From Planctomycetota bacterium (lineage in GTDB: Bacteria > Planctomycetota > UBA8108 > SXIK01), in the NCBI GenBank assembly GCA_965223265.1, contig OZ244999.1:4096001-4160000 (forward strand): 64,000 bases of DNA, given 5' to 3'. Both the position numbers and the translations under genes were made by a program. This document shows, in pieces, positions 30,569 to 40,129 of the stretch. Below the pieces are notes generated by a model, which worked only from the letters and a program-made list of their open reading frames with translations, did not search any database and was not told where the DNA came from. Numbering within the stretch: the stretch's first letter is position 1; every line of letters starts with the position of its first letter.

Positions 30569-32230
30569 ATGCGTGACGCTGGAAACGTTGCGACACCATC
30601 ACCATTGACACCATCACCATTGTCGTGCGCACGGTGCGGAGTTGCGGTGATGATCATCTCCGTATTCTGCACTCAATCCACCTCGGCACAGGAAGGCAGC
30701 GGTCTCGTCCGCGGGCCATATCTGCAGGCTCTCGCCATCGATTCGGTGGAGATCATCTGGTTCACGCGCGACGTGGAGGGCGTCGGCAGCGTTCGAGTCT
30801 TCACGACCGCTGGCGAGGGGAACGCCATGCGGGTGGAGGAAGACCCGGCGACGGCGTGCAACCCGTTTCTCGCCGGTGAAACTTGCCATCGAGTCCGGCT
30901 GACCGGCCTCCTGGCCGGGACGAACTACAGGTACGAGGTCTTCGCCGGCGACACCATGCTTGCGGGCGACGCCGCGACGCGGTTTCGGACGACTCCCGAG
31001 CGTCAACATGGCGTCACGTCGTTCGCCATCCTCGGTGACAGCGGCGTCGCGCAGCCCTCCCAAGATCTCGTTTCGGAAATCGTCCGCGAAATCGACCCCG
31101 ACGCGATCCTTCACACCGGCGACCTGGACTACCTCGGCGACGTCGACAAGAGCGTCTTCGGACCCTACAAGGATCTTTTGTCGCGCTACTGCTTCTTTCC
31201 GGCGCGAGGCAATCACGACTTGAGCTTCAAGTTCGAGGAGATCTTCTTCGTTCCCGAAATCGACGCCATGCCGAAGCGCACGTTTTACTCGTTCAATGCA
31301 GGCAGCGCGCACTTCGTCGTCCTCGACACCAGCGTGCAGGAGACCGGCAATCTCCTTGGCGACGAGCAGTTGACTTGGCTCTGCGATGACCTTTCGAGCG
31401 GCCACGGCCAGGAGTGGACCATCGTTCTGACTCATAAGTGTTTCTTCACAATCGGCCTCCATGCGACCGAGGCGACCGTCGCACTGCGGCATGCTCTCTC
31501 TCCGATCTTCGATCAGTTCAACGTTGATTTGGTGATCTCCGGTCACGATCACAACTACCAGCGCACGCACCCGGTGCGTATGAACGACACGCGGAGCTGC
31601 GGCACCCAGGCACCGCTCAACTGCGAGGCGACACCAGAGTCCTGCTACACGACGCGCGAGGATGTCTTTCCCGGGCCACACTACGTCTACCCCGACAGCC
31701 CGATCTACTTGATCAGCGGCGGCGGTGGTCAGAGGCTCTATCCGCTGCACCCCAGCGCCGGCAAGCCAGAATTCGACGGCAAGTTCTCGAGTTTCTTCGA
31801 AAGCGCCTGGCACACGGTAGAACTTGAAGCCACGCCGGCGATGCTCAAGGTTCGCGGCATCCGCATCGTCAACCCGAACGACCGTCAGGAAGGCGATCCG
31901 TTCGGTGAGTCCTTCGACGTCTTCAGTGTCAGCAAGATGCGCCTCCTGCGCGGCGACATGAACTTCGACCGCGGGCTCGATCTGGCCGATCCCGTGGCAC
32001 TCCTCAACAGTCTCTTTCTCGGTCAGTCTGCCGACTGCCTGGCGGCTGGCAACGTCAACGGCGACGAAGCGATCGACCTCGCAGACGCCGTGTACTTGTT
32101 GATCCACCTTTTCGACAGCGGTCCGCCGCCAAGCGCTCCTTATCCGGAGTGCGGCCCGATCCGCGACGCGAACGCCCCCGTACTCCTTGGCGAGGGCGAT
32201 GTGAATTTGTGCCTGAGGAACGGGTGCTGA
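30569..32230 (+). CDS. Purple acid phosphatase-type metallophosphoesterase with N-terminal FN3-like and C-terminal dockerin-like module
   Basis: RGPYLQ, GDSG, HTGDLDY, GNHD, SGHDHNYQR; LRGDMNFDRGLDLADP...CLAAGNVNGDEAIDLADA. Confidence 0.9.
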   Translation: MRDAGNVATPSPLTPSPLSCARCGVAVMIISVFCTQSTSAQEGSGLVRGPYLQALAIDSVEIIWFTRDVEGVGSVRVFTTAGEGNAMRVEEDPATACNPFLAGETCHRVRLTGLLAGTNYRYEVFAGDTMLAGDAATRFRTTPERQHGVTSFAILGDSGVAQPSQDLVSEIVREIDPDAILHTGDLDYLGDVDKSVFGPYKDLLSRYCFFPARGNHDLSFKFEEIFFVPEIDAMPKRTFYSFNAGSAHFVVLDTSVQETGNLLGDEQLTWLCDDLSSGHGQEWTIVLTHKCFFTIGLHATEATVALRHALSPIFDQFNVDLVISGHDHNYQRTHPVRMNDTRSCGTQAPLNCEATPESCYTTREDVFPGPHYVYPDSPIYLISGGGGQRLYPLHPSAGKPEFDGKFSSFFESAWHTVELEATPAMLKVRGIRIVNPNDRQEGDPFGESFDVFSVSKMRLLRGDMNFDRGLDLADPVALLNSLFLGQSADCLAAGNVNGDEAIDLADAVYLLIHLFDSGPPPSAPYPECGPIRDANAPVLLGEGDVNLCLRNGC

Positions 32231-32276
32231 GCGAGGCTTCCGAACGATCCACTGCAGCACGTGAACATGGGACAAT

Positions 32277-32981
32277 TCAGCGCGCCGCAATCGCAGCGTC
32301 GTCGAAGTCTTCGTTCTCTCGCAGACTTCGCAGTACGCGATATGAAGCGGCCTGCGTCGTCGCCACGAAGGCGGTCGCGAACGCCTTGACGATCGACCGA
32401 ACTAAGATGGGAAGAGGTGAGCTCAGGTTCTTGCTCATCGCCTCGGTTGCGACGACGGAAGCCCAGAAGACGACGATCATCGTGAGTATGAAGAGGCGGA
32501 AAATCTCCCGTCGATTTCCCTCAGTGAGGATCTGACTCCTCGCAAACGCCTCGCGCACACTCGTGCGCTCGACCGCCGCAACCGGAATCGCCACCCAAAG
32601 AGAAGTTGCCACGACGAGACCAGGGAAGAAGAACAACGCGAAAGAGAGAATCGTCGCGGCACCGACGGAGAACCCGACAAGCACGATCCTGAGGAGTCGC
32701 GAAAACCCCATGAAAGACCCAAAAGCCAATCGGCCTCGATTCCCATCCTCGTTCCGTAGAACGCCGAGGGTGATCGTGCCCATCGCGATGGGCATTAAAG
32801 AGAGTCCGAGGAAGATCGCCGCTCCCCTTGGCTCGGCCGTTCCAGAGTGAACGCAATAGAGGAGAAGGAGCGTCTCCGGTAGATGGACGAGCAGCGCGAC
32901 CACCATGAACGGCAAGACGTTCGCCAAGAAGGCTGCAACGGACTTGGCAAAGATGGGGACCGCTGTGAACTTTCTCATCAT
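32277..32981 (-). CDS. Hypothetical integral membrane protein
   Basis: Several TM segments; PVAAVER..VREAFARSQILTEGNR motif typical of GDPD-membrane-domain-like proteins. Confidence 0.75.
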   Translation of the reverse strand: MMRKFTAVPIFAKSVAAFLANVLPFMVVALLVHLPETLLLLYCVHSGTAEPRGAAIFLGLSLMPIAMGTITLGVLRNEDGNRGRLAFGSFMGFSRLLRIVLVGFSVGAATILSFALFFFPGLVVATSLWVAIPVAAVERTSVREAFARSQILTEGNRREIFRLFILTMIVVFWASVVATEAMSKNLSSPLPILVRSIVKAFATAFVATTQAASYRVLRSLRENEDFDDAAIAAR

Positions 32982-33114
32982 CGCTGCTGTTCAACGAAGT
33001 GAATCGGAACGAACGGGAGATTGTTGAGCAAGCAGGAGCCGGCTCCCAACCGGAAACGACGATCGGCTTCGCGGTAGGATAAACCGTGCGTCGCCTGACC
33101 TCCATGTGGATGAC

Positions 33115-33140
33115 AAAAAGGGGAGAGCAAGCTCTCCCCT
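33115..33140 (-). terminator. Intrinsic terminator
   Basis: aggggagag-caag-ctctcccct hairpin followed by a T run on the minus strand, about 30 nt after the 33169 stop. Confidence 0.75.
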
Positions 33141-33168
33141 CCTCCGGCAAACAGACTTCTACTGTCGA

Positions 33169-35277
33169 TCAAAACTGACAGCTCTTCGGCTGGGCGCCGC
33201 ACCCCATCGCATTGTCGGCCTCGAGTGTTGCGGGCCCGCACTCGGGGAATGGAGCAACCGGCTCCGCGCTGCCAGCGACGAAGAGGAACGATAACAGCGT
33301 GATCGGATCCGAGATGTCGACACCGTCGTCGCCGTTGACATTGAGCGCGGCTCGGCAACCCGGCTGCGACGGTGTGCTGGAGAAAAGAACGCTCAGCATG
33401 CAGATCGCATCGGAGATGTCAGCGACGCCGTCGTCATTACAGTCGCCACGACTGAACGCGAGTTGTGGTCGAGACTTCTCGAACTGCTGAGCAAGCTCGT
33501 CCGCCATACCGAACCAAGACTGAGCCACGTTCGGTCCCAGAATCCTTCGATCTACGGCGGACATAACCTCGTCCACGAACCGGCGCAAGGCGTCAGCTAA
33601 GCCATTATCGTCGCCCCGCTCGACGGCGAGCGCCGCGAGCTCGATTTCGCGTGCGAGAAGGCGCACGTCGTTCGGCTCGAGAAACGGCGCTGCAAGGATT
33701 TCGCGCAGGAGGGCTTGAGTGATCGAATCAAGTGTGCGCGTCTGCTTCGCCACCCAGCCGTTCGAGAAACCGAACGCACCGCTATCTGGCGTGGCCTCGA
33801 GGAGAGCCCCGCGCGTCGTCGGAAAGTTCGACGACCATGTGAACCCGCTGGCGTACGCATTCCCCGTCTCGTCAACAGAAATGCTCGTGCCGTAATCGCG
33901 CGGGCCGGCGATCAGAAACCCGCCCAGGTTCCCGCCAAGCGTCCGTGAGGAGTCCAGCGTTCGACCACTGGCGGAAACGACCGTCAGGAATGCGTCTGCT
34001 TCGCTGTCGATGAGACCGTTGTCGACGGCCAGGGTCGGGAACCCCGGCCTTCCGACGCCAGTGACGTATGCACGACCAAGACGATCGACGTCGATTTCGT
34101 AGCCGACATCAGCGTTGCCGCCGCCCAAGTAGGTCGAATATCGCAAACGGCGTGCATCGGTGGAAAGCTTCGCGACCCAGGCATCAGAGCCAGTGCCTGA
34201 GGCGCAGCCGCACTCACTCTGGTACGCGTAATCGGTGATGGGAAAGTTGGTCGAGGTCGTGGATCCGGTTGCGTAGATGTTACCGTCGCTATCAAGCGCC
34301 AAGTCATAGATGTCGTCGGAGCGCGAGCCGCCCAGGTAGGTCGAAAAGACAAGCATGTTGAGCCCGATCTTCGACGGATCGATTTTGGCGATCCAGGCGT
34401 CGCTGCCACCTGCGGACTCCTCCGCGTAGACACCGACGGTCGTCGGGAAACCACCTTGCGAACTCCCGCCGACATAGAAGAATCCGCGTTCATCCACTGC
34501 AACTCCCCTGGCGATGTCGCGCCGGTCGCCGCCGAGATAGAAGCCGCTGACCTGAGCGCCACTCTCGTGGAGCAGAGCGACGAAGGCGTCGGTATCGCCG
34601 TTGAACGTGAAGTCGTAGCCGAATTCCGTCACGGCGAAGTCTCCATCCGTGTCGCCGACGATCATGACGCGCCCTCTGGAATCCACGGCGATGTCGAACG
34701 CCTCGTCGTCCCCCGCCCCACCGAGGTACGTCGAGTAAACGATCCTCGTCGCGTCTGCGGTTAACTTGACGACGAAAGCATCACGCGGTGCCCACTCCTC
34801 AGAAGGATCCGTGGCGCCACCACCGAGCTCTGCCTGATGCGCGTTCACGGCCGGAAAATCACCTGAACGAGTCGATCCGGTCACGTAGATGCTACCGTCC
34901 AATCCGACCGCAGCACCGGAGCTCAGGTCGTGACCGCTCCCGCCGACGAAAGAGCCGCCGAGAACGTTTCGGCCGTCGGGGGTGAGGCGCAGGACGAAGA
35001 CGTCGCTCTGCCCGCAGTTTCCGAAGCCATCGCAGCCGTCACGGCCGATGGCTCCCATCAAATCCGCTGAGCTCGTGGAACCGACGACGACAACGTTGCC
35101 GTCCGGCGCCACCACGACGGCAGACACTTCGTCTCCTGCGCCACCACCGAAGTATGTACTGAACTCGATCTCCGCCGTGAGACGATGACCGGTCAATGCG
35201 ATGATCAACAGAGCTGAGAGCGCGGCGGCAAGCGGGTGACCCGGGCGGGAGGTTGCGGGCAGGCTTGAACGAAACAT
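33169..35277 (-). CDS. Secreted SBBP-repeat beta-propeller protein with FIMAH-like helical domain and C-terminal dockerin-like module
   Basis: RBS aaggag; repeated (F/Y)STYLGG, G.IYVTG.T.S.DFP and DAFV.KL; FSRGDCNDDGVADISDA. Confidence 0.88.
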   Translation of the reverse strand: MFRSSLPATSRPGHPLAAALSALLIIALTGHRLTAEIEFSTYFGGGAGDEVSAVVVAPDGNVVVVGSTSSADLMGAIGRDGCDGFGNCGQSDVFVLRLTPDGRNVLGGSFVGGSGHDLSSGAAVGLDGSIYVTGSTRSGDFPAVNAHQAELGGGATDPSEEWAPRDAFVVKLTADATRIVYSTYLGGAGDDEAFDIAVDSRGRVMIVGDTDGDFAVTEFGYDFTFNGDTDAFVALLHESGAQVSGFYLGGDRRDIARGVAVDERGFFYVGGSSQGGFPTTVGVYAEESAGGSDAWIAKIDPSKIGLNMLVFSTYLGGSRSDDIYDLALDSDGNIYATGSTTSTNFPITDYAYQSECGCASGTGSDAWVAKLSTDARRLRYSTYLGGGNADVGYEIDVDRLGRAYVTGVGRPGFPTLAVDNGLIDSEADAFLTVVSASGRTLDSSRTLGGNLGGFLIAGPRDYGTSISVDETGNAYASGFTWSSNFPTTRGALLEATPDSGAFGFSNGWVAKQTRTLDSITQALLREILAAPFLEPNDVRLLAREIELAALAVERGDDNGLADALRRFVDEVMSAVDRRILGPNVAQSWFGMADELAQQFEKSRPQLAFSRGDCNDDGVADISDAICMLSVLFSSTPSQPGCRAALNVNGDDGVDISDPITLLSFLFVAGSAEPVAPFPECGPATLEADNAMGCGAQPKSCQF

Positions 35278-35614
35278 GTCATTTCTCCTTGGAAGTCGTG
35301 AACCAGTGCAACGGGACGCGCCACGCGTCCTCACGCACCTGGGGGCGACAACGGCGGGTCGATTGGCTCACGGTTTTTGTGAGAATCTTGATTCCGCCTC
35401 GACCGGGGCGGCGGGCGGAGCTCCTCGTGCCGCAGGAAGATCACCTTAGCGCTTGCGGCGTAAAGACTTAGCTCCTGGGTGAGGGGGATGAAGCAGAGGC
35501 AGATACAGATCGCGCTTGGTGAGGCTTGTCGATGTGCCGTGTTCGACCAATTCGGACCATCGACCGAACTGGCGTCCGTTGGTGACCCGCGTCCTCCACG
35601 CACGCGCACACGGA

Positions 35615-35843
35615 GAGGCTGTGAAGGTTTAACACGTGCCGTCAAAACTTGCGCTCCGCACGGTCGCCTCCCGAACGGCACGAATTCTTTAACTGCTGTT
35701 GCAGCTCGCAGACATCCGGAACGGCACACGGCGTGTGCCTGCTACTATAAAGACGTCACCGATACGCTTTTCAAAGTAGCAGGCACACGCCGTGTGCCGT
35801 TCCGGAGAGTTGCGACGGCAAGTTTCGAAAACTTCACAGCCTC
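35615..35843. mobile_element. 229-bp MITE-like element with GGA target duplication, containing an inverted REP pair
   Basis: Terminal gaggctgtgaag / cttcacagcctc; GGA at 35612-35614 and 35844-35846; perfect 32-bp internal inverted repeat 35715-35746 / 35775-35806. Confidence 0.75.
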
Positions 35844-35985
35844 GGAGTGTGCCTGCTACTTGAGCACTCGCACACCCGCACCCACGCTCACACCCACACG
35901 CACACCGAGTCCAAGACGCCTACACGACAGAGCAGAACGTCAGACTCCGCGCTGGTTCCCGTCGACTGTGCTTTCCCCGCAAAGC

Positions 35986-38115
35986 TTAGAATTCACAGCT
36001 CTTTGGCCGCGTGGCGCAGCCGACCGCACCGTCGGCATCGAGTGTTGTCGGTCCGCACCAAGGAAACGGAGCTACCGGCGGTGCGCTGTCGGCAACGAAG
36101 AGAAAATTGAGCAGCGCGATCGGATCCGAGATATCGACGCCGGCGTCACCGTTGACGTTCAGCGCAGCCTGGCAGATCGGCTCCGAGCCAGTGTTGGTGA
36201 ACAGTGCGTTCAGCGTGCAAACCGCATCAGAGATGTCAGCGTCACCGTCGTCGTTGCAGTCGCCACGACGGAGGATGATCGCTGGCAGCGACTTCTCAAG
36301 CTGCAGCGTCATTTCGCTGAGCAAATCAAGCCAGGCCTCCGCCGCGCTTGGGGTCAACCTGCGCTCATCCACAACCGTCTCGACCGCAATTGCGAACCGC
36401 CGCAGCGCGTCGAAAAACTCGTCGAGGTCGCCGCGCTCAGCAGCCAGAACGGCGAGTTCGATCTCTCGGGCCAGGAGACGGACGTCTTCGGGTTCGAGAA
36501 AGGGTCCCGCTTCGACTTCACGCGTGAGAGCGTCGCTCACCGAGTGCAGGTCGCCGCGCGCCTGCTTCACAAGCCAACCGTCGAAGTAACCAACGGAACC
36601 ATCATCCGCAGGCTCCTCAAGAAGAGCGCCGCTCGTCGTCGGGAAGTTCGAAGACCACGAGAGTCCACCAGCGTAGACGCAGCCGCCCTCATCGACCGCG
36701 ATGCTCCTGCCGAGATCGAGCGGCTCTAAGAGGAAACCCCCGCCCTCCGCCCCTCCCAGAGTCCTCGACGACTGGAGTGTTCGCCCGGTAGCGGAGACGA
36801 CGGCGATGAACGCATCTCCCTTAATGTCGATGAAGCTATTCTCCGGGGGGACCGGAAATCCCGGTCGTGCGGCTCCGGTAACGTATGCCCTGCCAAAGCT
36901 GTCCACGTCGACTCGCTTGCCAGTGTCAGCACCGCCGCCGCCCAAATAAGACAAATAGACGAGTGCACGCCCGTTGGCGGAGATCTTTCCGACCCAGGCG
37001 TCCGCCCCACTTTCAGGAGAGAGATCGCAGCCGCACTCACGCTGAAACGCAAAGTCCGTCACGGGAAGGTCGCTCGAGGCGGTGTCGCCCGTCGCGTAGA
37101 TATTCCCATCCGGGCCGATCTCGAGACCAAAGATGTGATCCGGTCCCGTGCCGCCCAGATATGTCGAAAAGACGAGCATGTTGAGACCGATCTTCGTCGG
37201 GTCGATCTTGGCGACCCAACCGTCGACGCTGCCGATTCTGTTCTCCTCGTAGACGCCGGTCGTGGTCGGAAACCCTCCCTCGGTATCTCCACCAACGTAA
37301 AAGAAGCCCTGCGCATCTACGGCAGCGCCTTGGGCCGTATCTTCGCGATCACCGCCGAGATAGAAACCACTGTACTGGACGCCGTTTTCGAGGAACAGAG
37401 CGACGAACCCGTCGGTACGTCCACCGTTGTATGTGAAGTCGAAGCCGAATTCGGTCACTGCAAAATCGCCATCCGTTGCGCCGACAATCATGACGCGTCC
37501 CTGGGGGTTGACGGCGATGTCGAATGCCTCGTCGTTTCCCGGACCGCCGAGATAGGTCGAGTAGACGATGGTCGTCGCGTCCGCGGTCAGCTTGACGACA
37601 ACGGCGTCCCGCGGCGGTTGCTCTTGAGAAGGGTCTGTTGCCCCGTCGCCAAGCTCGCTCTGATGCGCCGCGACGGTCGGAAAGTCACCCGATCGAGTGA
37701 ATCCCGTCACGTAAATGCTGCCATCGGCACCTATGGCCACGCCCGTGGCTTCGTCGAAACTGCTGCCACCGATGCGGCTCCCGCCCTCCAAAATCTGACT
37801 TCCGTCTGGACTGACCCGTAGGACGAAGATGTCGCCCTGGCCACAGTTTCCGAAGCTGTTGCACCCCTCCTGCGTCAAGACCCCCATCACACTTTCCGAA
37901 CTGCTGGTACCGACGACAACCAAGTTGCCGTCCGGTGCCACAGCGACCGCGTTGATGGTGTCGCCGGAAGGGCCACCGAAGTAGGTACTGAAGTCGATCT
38001 CCGCGGCGACGAGGCGGAACACGCCGAGCCCAGCAGTTCCAGCCGTGAGTGTTACCAGAATGACCGCGAGCCGGCGAAAGTGAACAAGTGAGGGCATGGT
38101 TGACGCACAGAGCAT
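35986..38115 (-). CDS. Secreted SBBP-repeat protein with FIMAH-like and dockerin-like modules (tandem paralog of 33169-35277)
   Basis: RBS aaggag; collinear alignment by eye with the neighbouring gene (e.g. KIGLNMLVFSTY, PFLEP.DVRLLAREIELA, RGDCNDDG.ADISDA). Confidence 0.88.
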   Translation of the reverse strand: MLCASTMPSLVHFRRLAVILVTLTAGTAGLGVFRLVAAEIDFSTYFGGPSGDTINAVAVAPDGNLVVVGTSSSESVMGVLTQEGCNSFGNCGQGDIFVLRVSPDGSQILEGGSRIGGSSFDEATGVAIGADGSIYVTGFTRSGDFPTVAAHQSELGDGATDPSQEQPPRDAVVVKLTADATTIVYSTYLGGPGNDEAFDIAVNPQGRVMIVGATDGDFAVTEFGFDFTYNGGRTDGFVALFLENGVQYSGFYLGGDREDTAQGAAVDAQGFFYVGGDTEGGFPTTTGVYEENRIGSVDGWVAKIDPTKIGLNMLVFSTYLGGTGPDHIFGLEIGPDGNIYATGDTASSDLPVTDFAFQRECGCDLSPESGADAWVGKISANGRALVYLSYLGGGGADTGKRVDVDSFGRAYVTGAARPGFPVPPENSFIDIKGDAFIAVVSATGRTLQSSRTLGGAEGGGFLLEPLDLGRSIAVDEGGCVYAGGLSWSSNFPTTSGALLEEPADDGSVGYFDGWLVKQARGDLHSVSDALTREVEAGPFLEPEDVRLLAREIELAVLAAERGDLDEFFDALRRFAIAVETVVDERRLTPSAAEAWLDLLSEMTLQLEKSLPAIILRRGDCNDDGDADISDAVCTLNALFTNTGSEPICQAALNVNGDAGVDISDPIALLNFLFVADSAPPVAPFPWCGPTTLDADGAVGCATRPKSCEF

Positions 38116-38621
38116 GTGGTTCTCCTTGGCGGGTAGCAGACCGCTAGACAGGAATGCACTCCGCGTGCCTCGCTCTTGACGAGTCAACGAGTCGCGCATT
38201 CGCTCCTGGCCTTGCTGCACAAACACGTGAGTAGAAATCAAATGGCCTAAGCGCATCCCCCTCCGCACGCCGCTCGATCCTTGCAGCATTCTGCCATAAA
38301 ACGTGAGCGCACGGGCCCAAGAACCGGGGCGACCGCCTGTCTGATGACGACGGAGAGTAATCCGCGGCGGCCGAGCGAGCTCCGTTCCTCTTTCTGATGG
38401 ACCGTCGCGACCTGTCTGTATCGCGAGCGCGAACTCGTCATGACTCAACGCACGTCCTGCTACCGCAGCGGGTGCCAGCGTCTGACCACCGCGGACGCAT
38501 CAACCACTGCCGCAACAGAGTCCGGGCTTCACGACAGCGTGCAAGAGAACGCGTGGGACGATGTCGATCCACCATCGAAGGCCGACGTGAGTCCGCCCCT
38601 GCCCTTGCGCTCGAGCTCAAC

Positions 38622-38662
38622 AAAAAAGACTCGAACCCGAAGAGTTCGGGTTCGAGTCTTTT
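38622..38662. terminator. Intrinsic terminator, likely bidirectional
   Basis: aaaagactcgaacccgaa-gag-ttcgggttcgagtctttt long stem with A and T runs on either side, downstream of the porin gene. Confidence 0.8.
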
Positions 38663-38765
38663 CTTCGCCTTTGAGGCCGAGCTTCGCAGCTTGCTGCGAC
38701 GTCACCTGGAGCGACAGCGCGGAGCCCCGTGTGGACTCAACGCCAGTTCGCGCCAACGCCAAAGT

Positions 38766-40121
38766 TCAGAACTTCAACTCTGCCTGCAACCAGTAACGCT
38801 GAATATCGCCGCCAGCGAGTACCGACTCGCCTTCAAACACGGCGAGCTTGGCAAGTACGGCAAGATTCTTCGTAATCGCTTTGCGCAGCGCTGCATCAAA
38901 TTCGACACCGAAATCTCGGCTCCTGTCTTCAGAGAAGAACATGTGAAAAACCGCCTGGAACTTCATGTCCCAGGGAAGCGGCGCTCTGACGTACGCGTAG
39001 AGATCTTCCAGTCCGTCGGGAGGCGTGACCAAAAACTTGTCGGCCCAACCGTTGAACTTGTGCAGCGTGGCCAGTGGGGTACTGAAGGACGCGGCGCCCC
39101 CATCGCTGCTCAGCACCTCGTAGCCAACGCCAAACGTGCCAACGCCTTTGACTCCGACGTTCCCTTCGAGAAGAAGATAGTGAGCCTTGTAGTCGTTCGG
39201 ATTGTCCCCCGCGTCGACCTGATAGGCGTAGGACAGTATGTAGCCGAAGCTCAGTTTCTCCTCTTGAAACTTCTGCGTTCCGTTCAGGCGGAGACCGACA
39301 GTGTTCGAAGAGTTCACGTCAGAATTGGGAAGGTCGATCAAGTAGCCAAAGCCAGTCAACGTCCCTACCGGGAGGCCGGAGTAGGACGCGCGGATCAAAT
39401 GCGAGTCTGATTTGAAATCGCGACCGGCGTCAGGCCCAAAGATCCGGTTCACTTCGTCAATGTACCCATAGTAAAGCGACAGATCTTCGACCCAATCAGA
39501 TTGGATCGTGAGGGCGTCATAGGTCTGTTCATTCTGGCGCCACCCGACGTTGCCGACGAACCTGGCGTCGTCGAGAATGATGCGTTGCCGTCCAATCTTT
39601 CCGGTGAAGAAGTCGTGATCGTAGCGAATAAAGGCACGGTTTAGCTCCGTGTTCTCCGGGTCAGCGATCACAGTCTTTCCGGGTTCACCGTTGAGACCCG
39701 CGGCGTTGTAGAGGTCCTCGTCCGCCGAACGCGTATCTTCGAACTCCAAGAAGCCCGAGAATCCATAGAACGGTTTCGTCCCGTATCCGAGACGAAGCCG
39801 TTCCGTGTACGCTTGTGAAGTGTCGAGTCCTTCTTGTTCAGCGATCTCCACACGAGCTCGGAGGTCGAAACTCAGCTTTCCATTGATGATGGAATCCATA
39901 AATGAGTGCCAGACGCTCGCCTCTTCGCCACCAGAAGCGGGCCCCGCCACCTCTCCCGGTGCCGTTTCTTGAGGTGCTTGCCCTTGCAGCGAAGCGGCTT
40001 CCACACGCGGTGGCACGCTAGCTGCCTGGTCGCTGGGTTCAGCAACCACCGGACCGAGCGCCCAGAAAAGAAGGACTAAGGAAACAATCTGAAAGATTGG
40101 GTTGGAAATCGTCTTTTTCAT
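38766..40121 (-). CDS. Alginate-export (AlgE-like) family outer-membrane beta-barrel
   Basis: Signal peptide; ADPENTELNRA, GRQRI.LD..RFVGNVGWRQNEQTYDA, TPLATLHKFNGWADKF; terminal Phe. Confidence 0.88.
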   Translation of the reverse strand: MKKTISNPIFQIVSLVLLFWALGPVVAEPSDQAASVPPRVEAASLQGQAPQETAPGEVAGPASGGEEASVWHSFMDSIINGKLSFDLRARVEIAEQEGLDTSQAYTERLRLGYGTKPFYGFSGFLEFEDTRSADEDLYNAAGLNGEPGKTVIADPENTELNRAFIRYDHDFFTGKIGRQRIILDDARFVGNVGWRQNEQTYDALTIQSDWVEDLSLYYGYIDEVNRIFGPDAGRDFKSDSHLIRASYSGLPVGTLTGFGYLIDLPNSDVNSSNTVGLRLNGTQKFQEEKLSFGYILSYAYQVDAGDNPNDYKAHYLLLEGNVGVKGVGTFGVGYEVLSSDGGAASFSTPLATLHKFNGWADKFLVTPPDGLEDLYAYVRAPLPWDMKFQAVFHMFFSEDRSRDFGVEFDAALRKAITKNLAVLAKLAVFEGESVLAGGDIQRYWLQAELKF

Positions 40122-40129
40122 GATTTCGC

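Noticed and set aside
30614-32290. 558-aa antisense ORF
   Set aside because: Shadow of the phosphatase gene
35479-36729. 416-aa plus-strand ORF across the MITE as a possible transposase
   Set aside because: No DDE or HUH motifs; mostly antisense to the SBBP gene and repeat DNA
38766-40121. Alginate biosynthesis/export function
   Set aside because: No alg genes are nearby, and the fold family includes many small-solute porins
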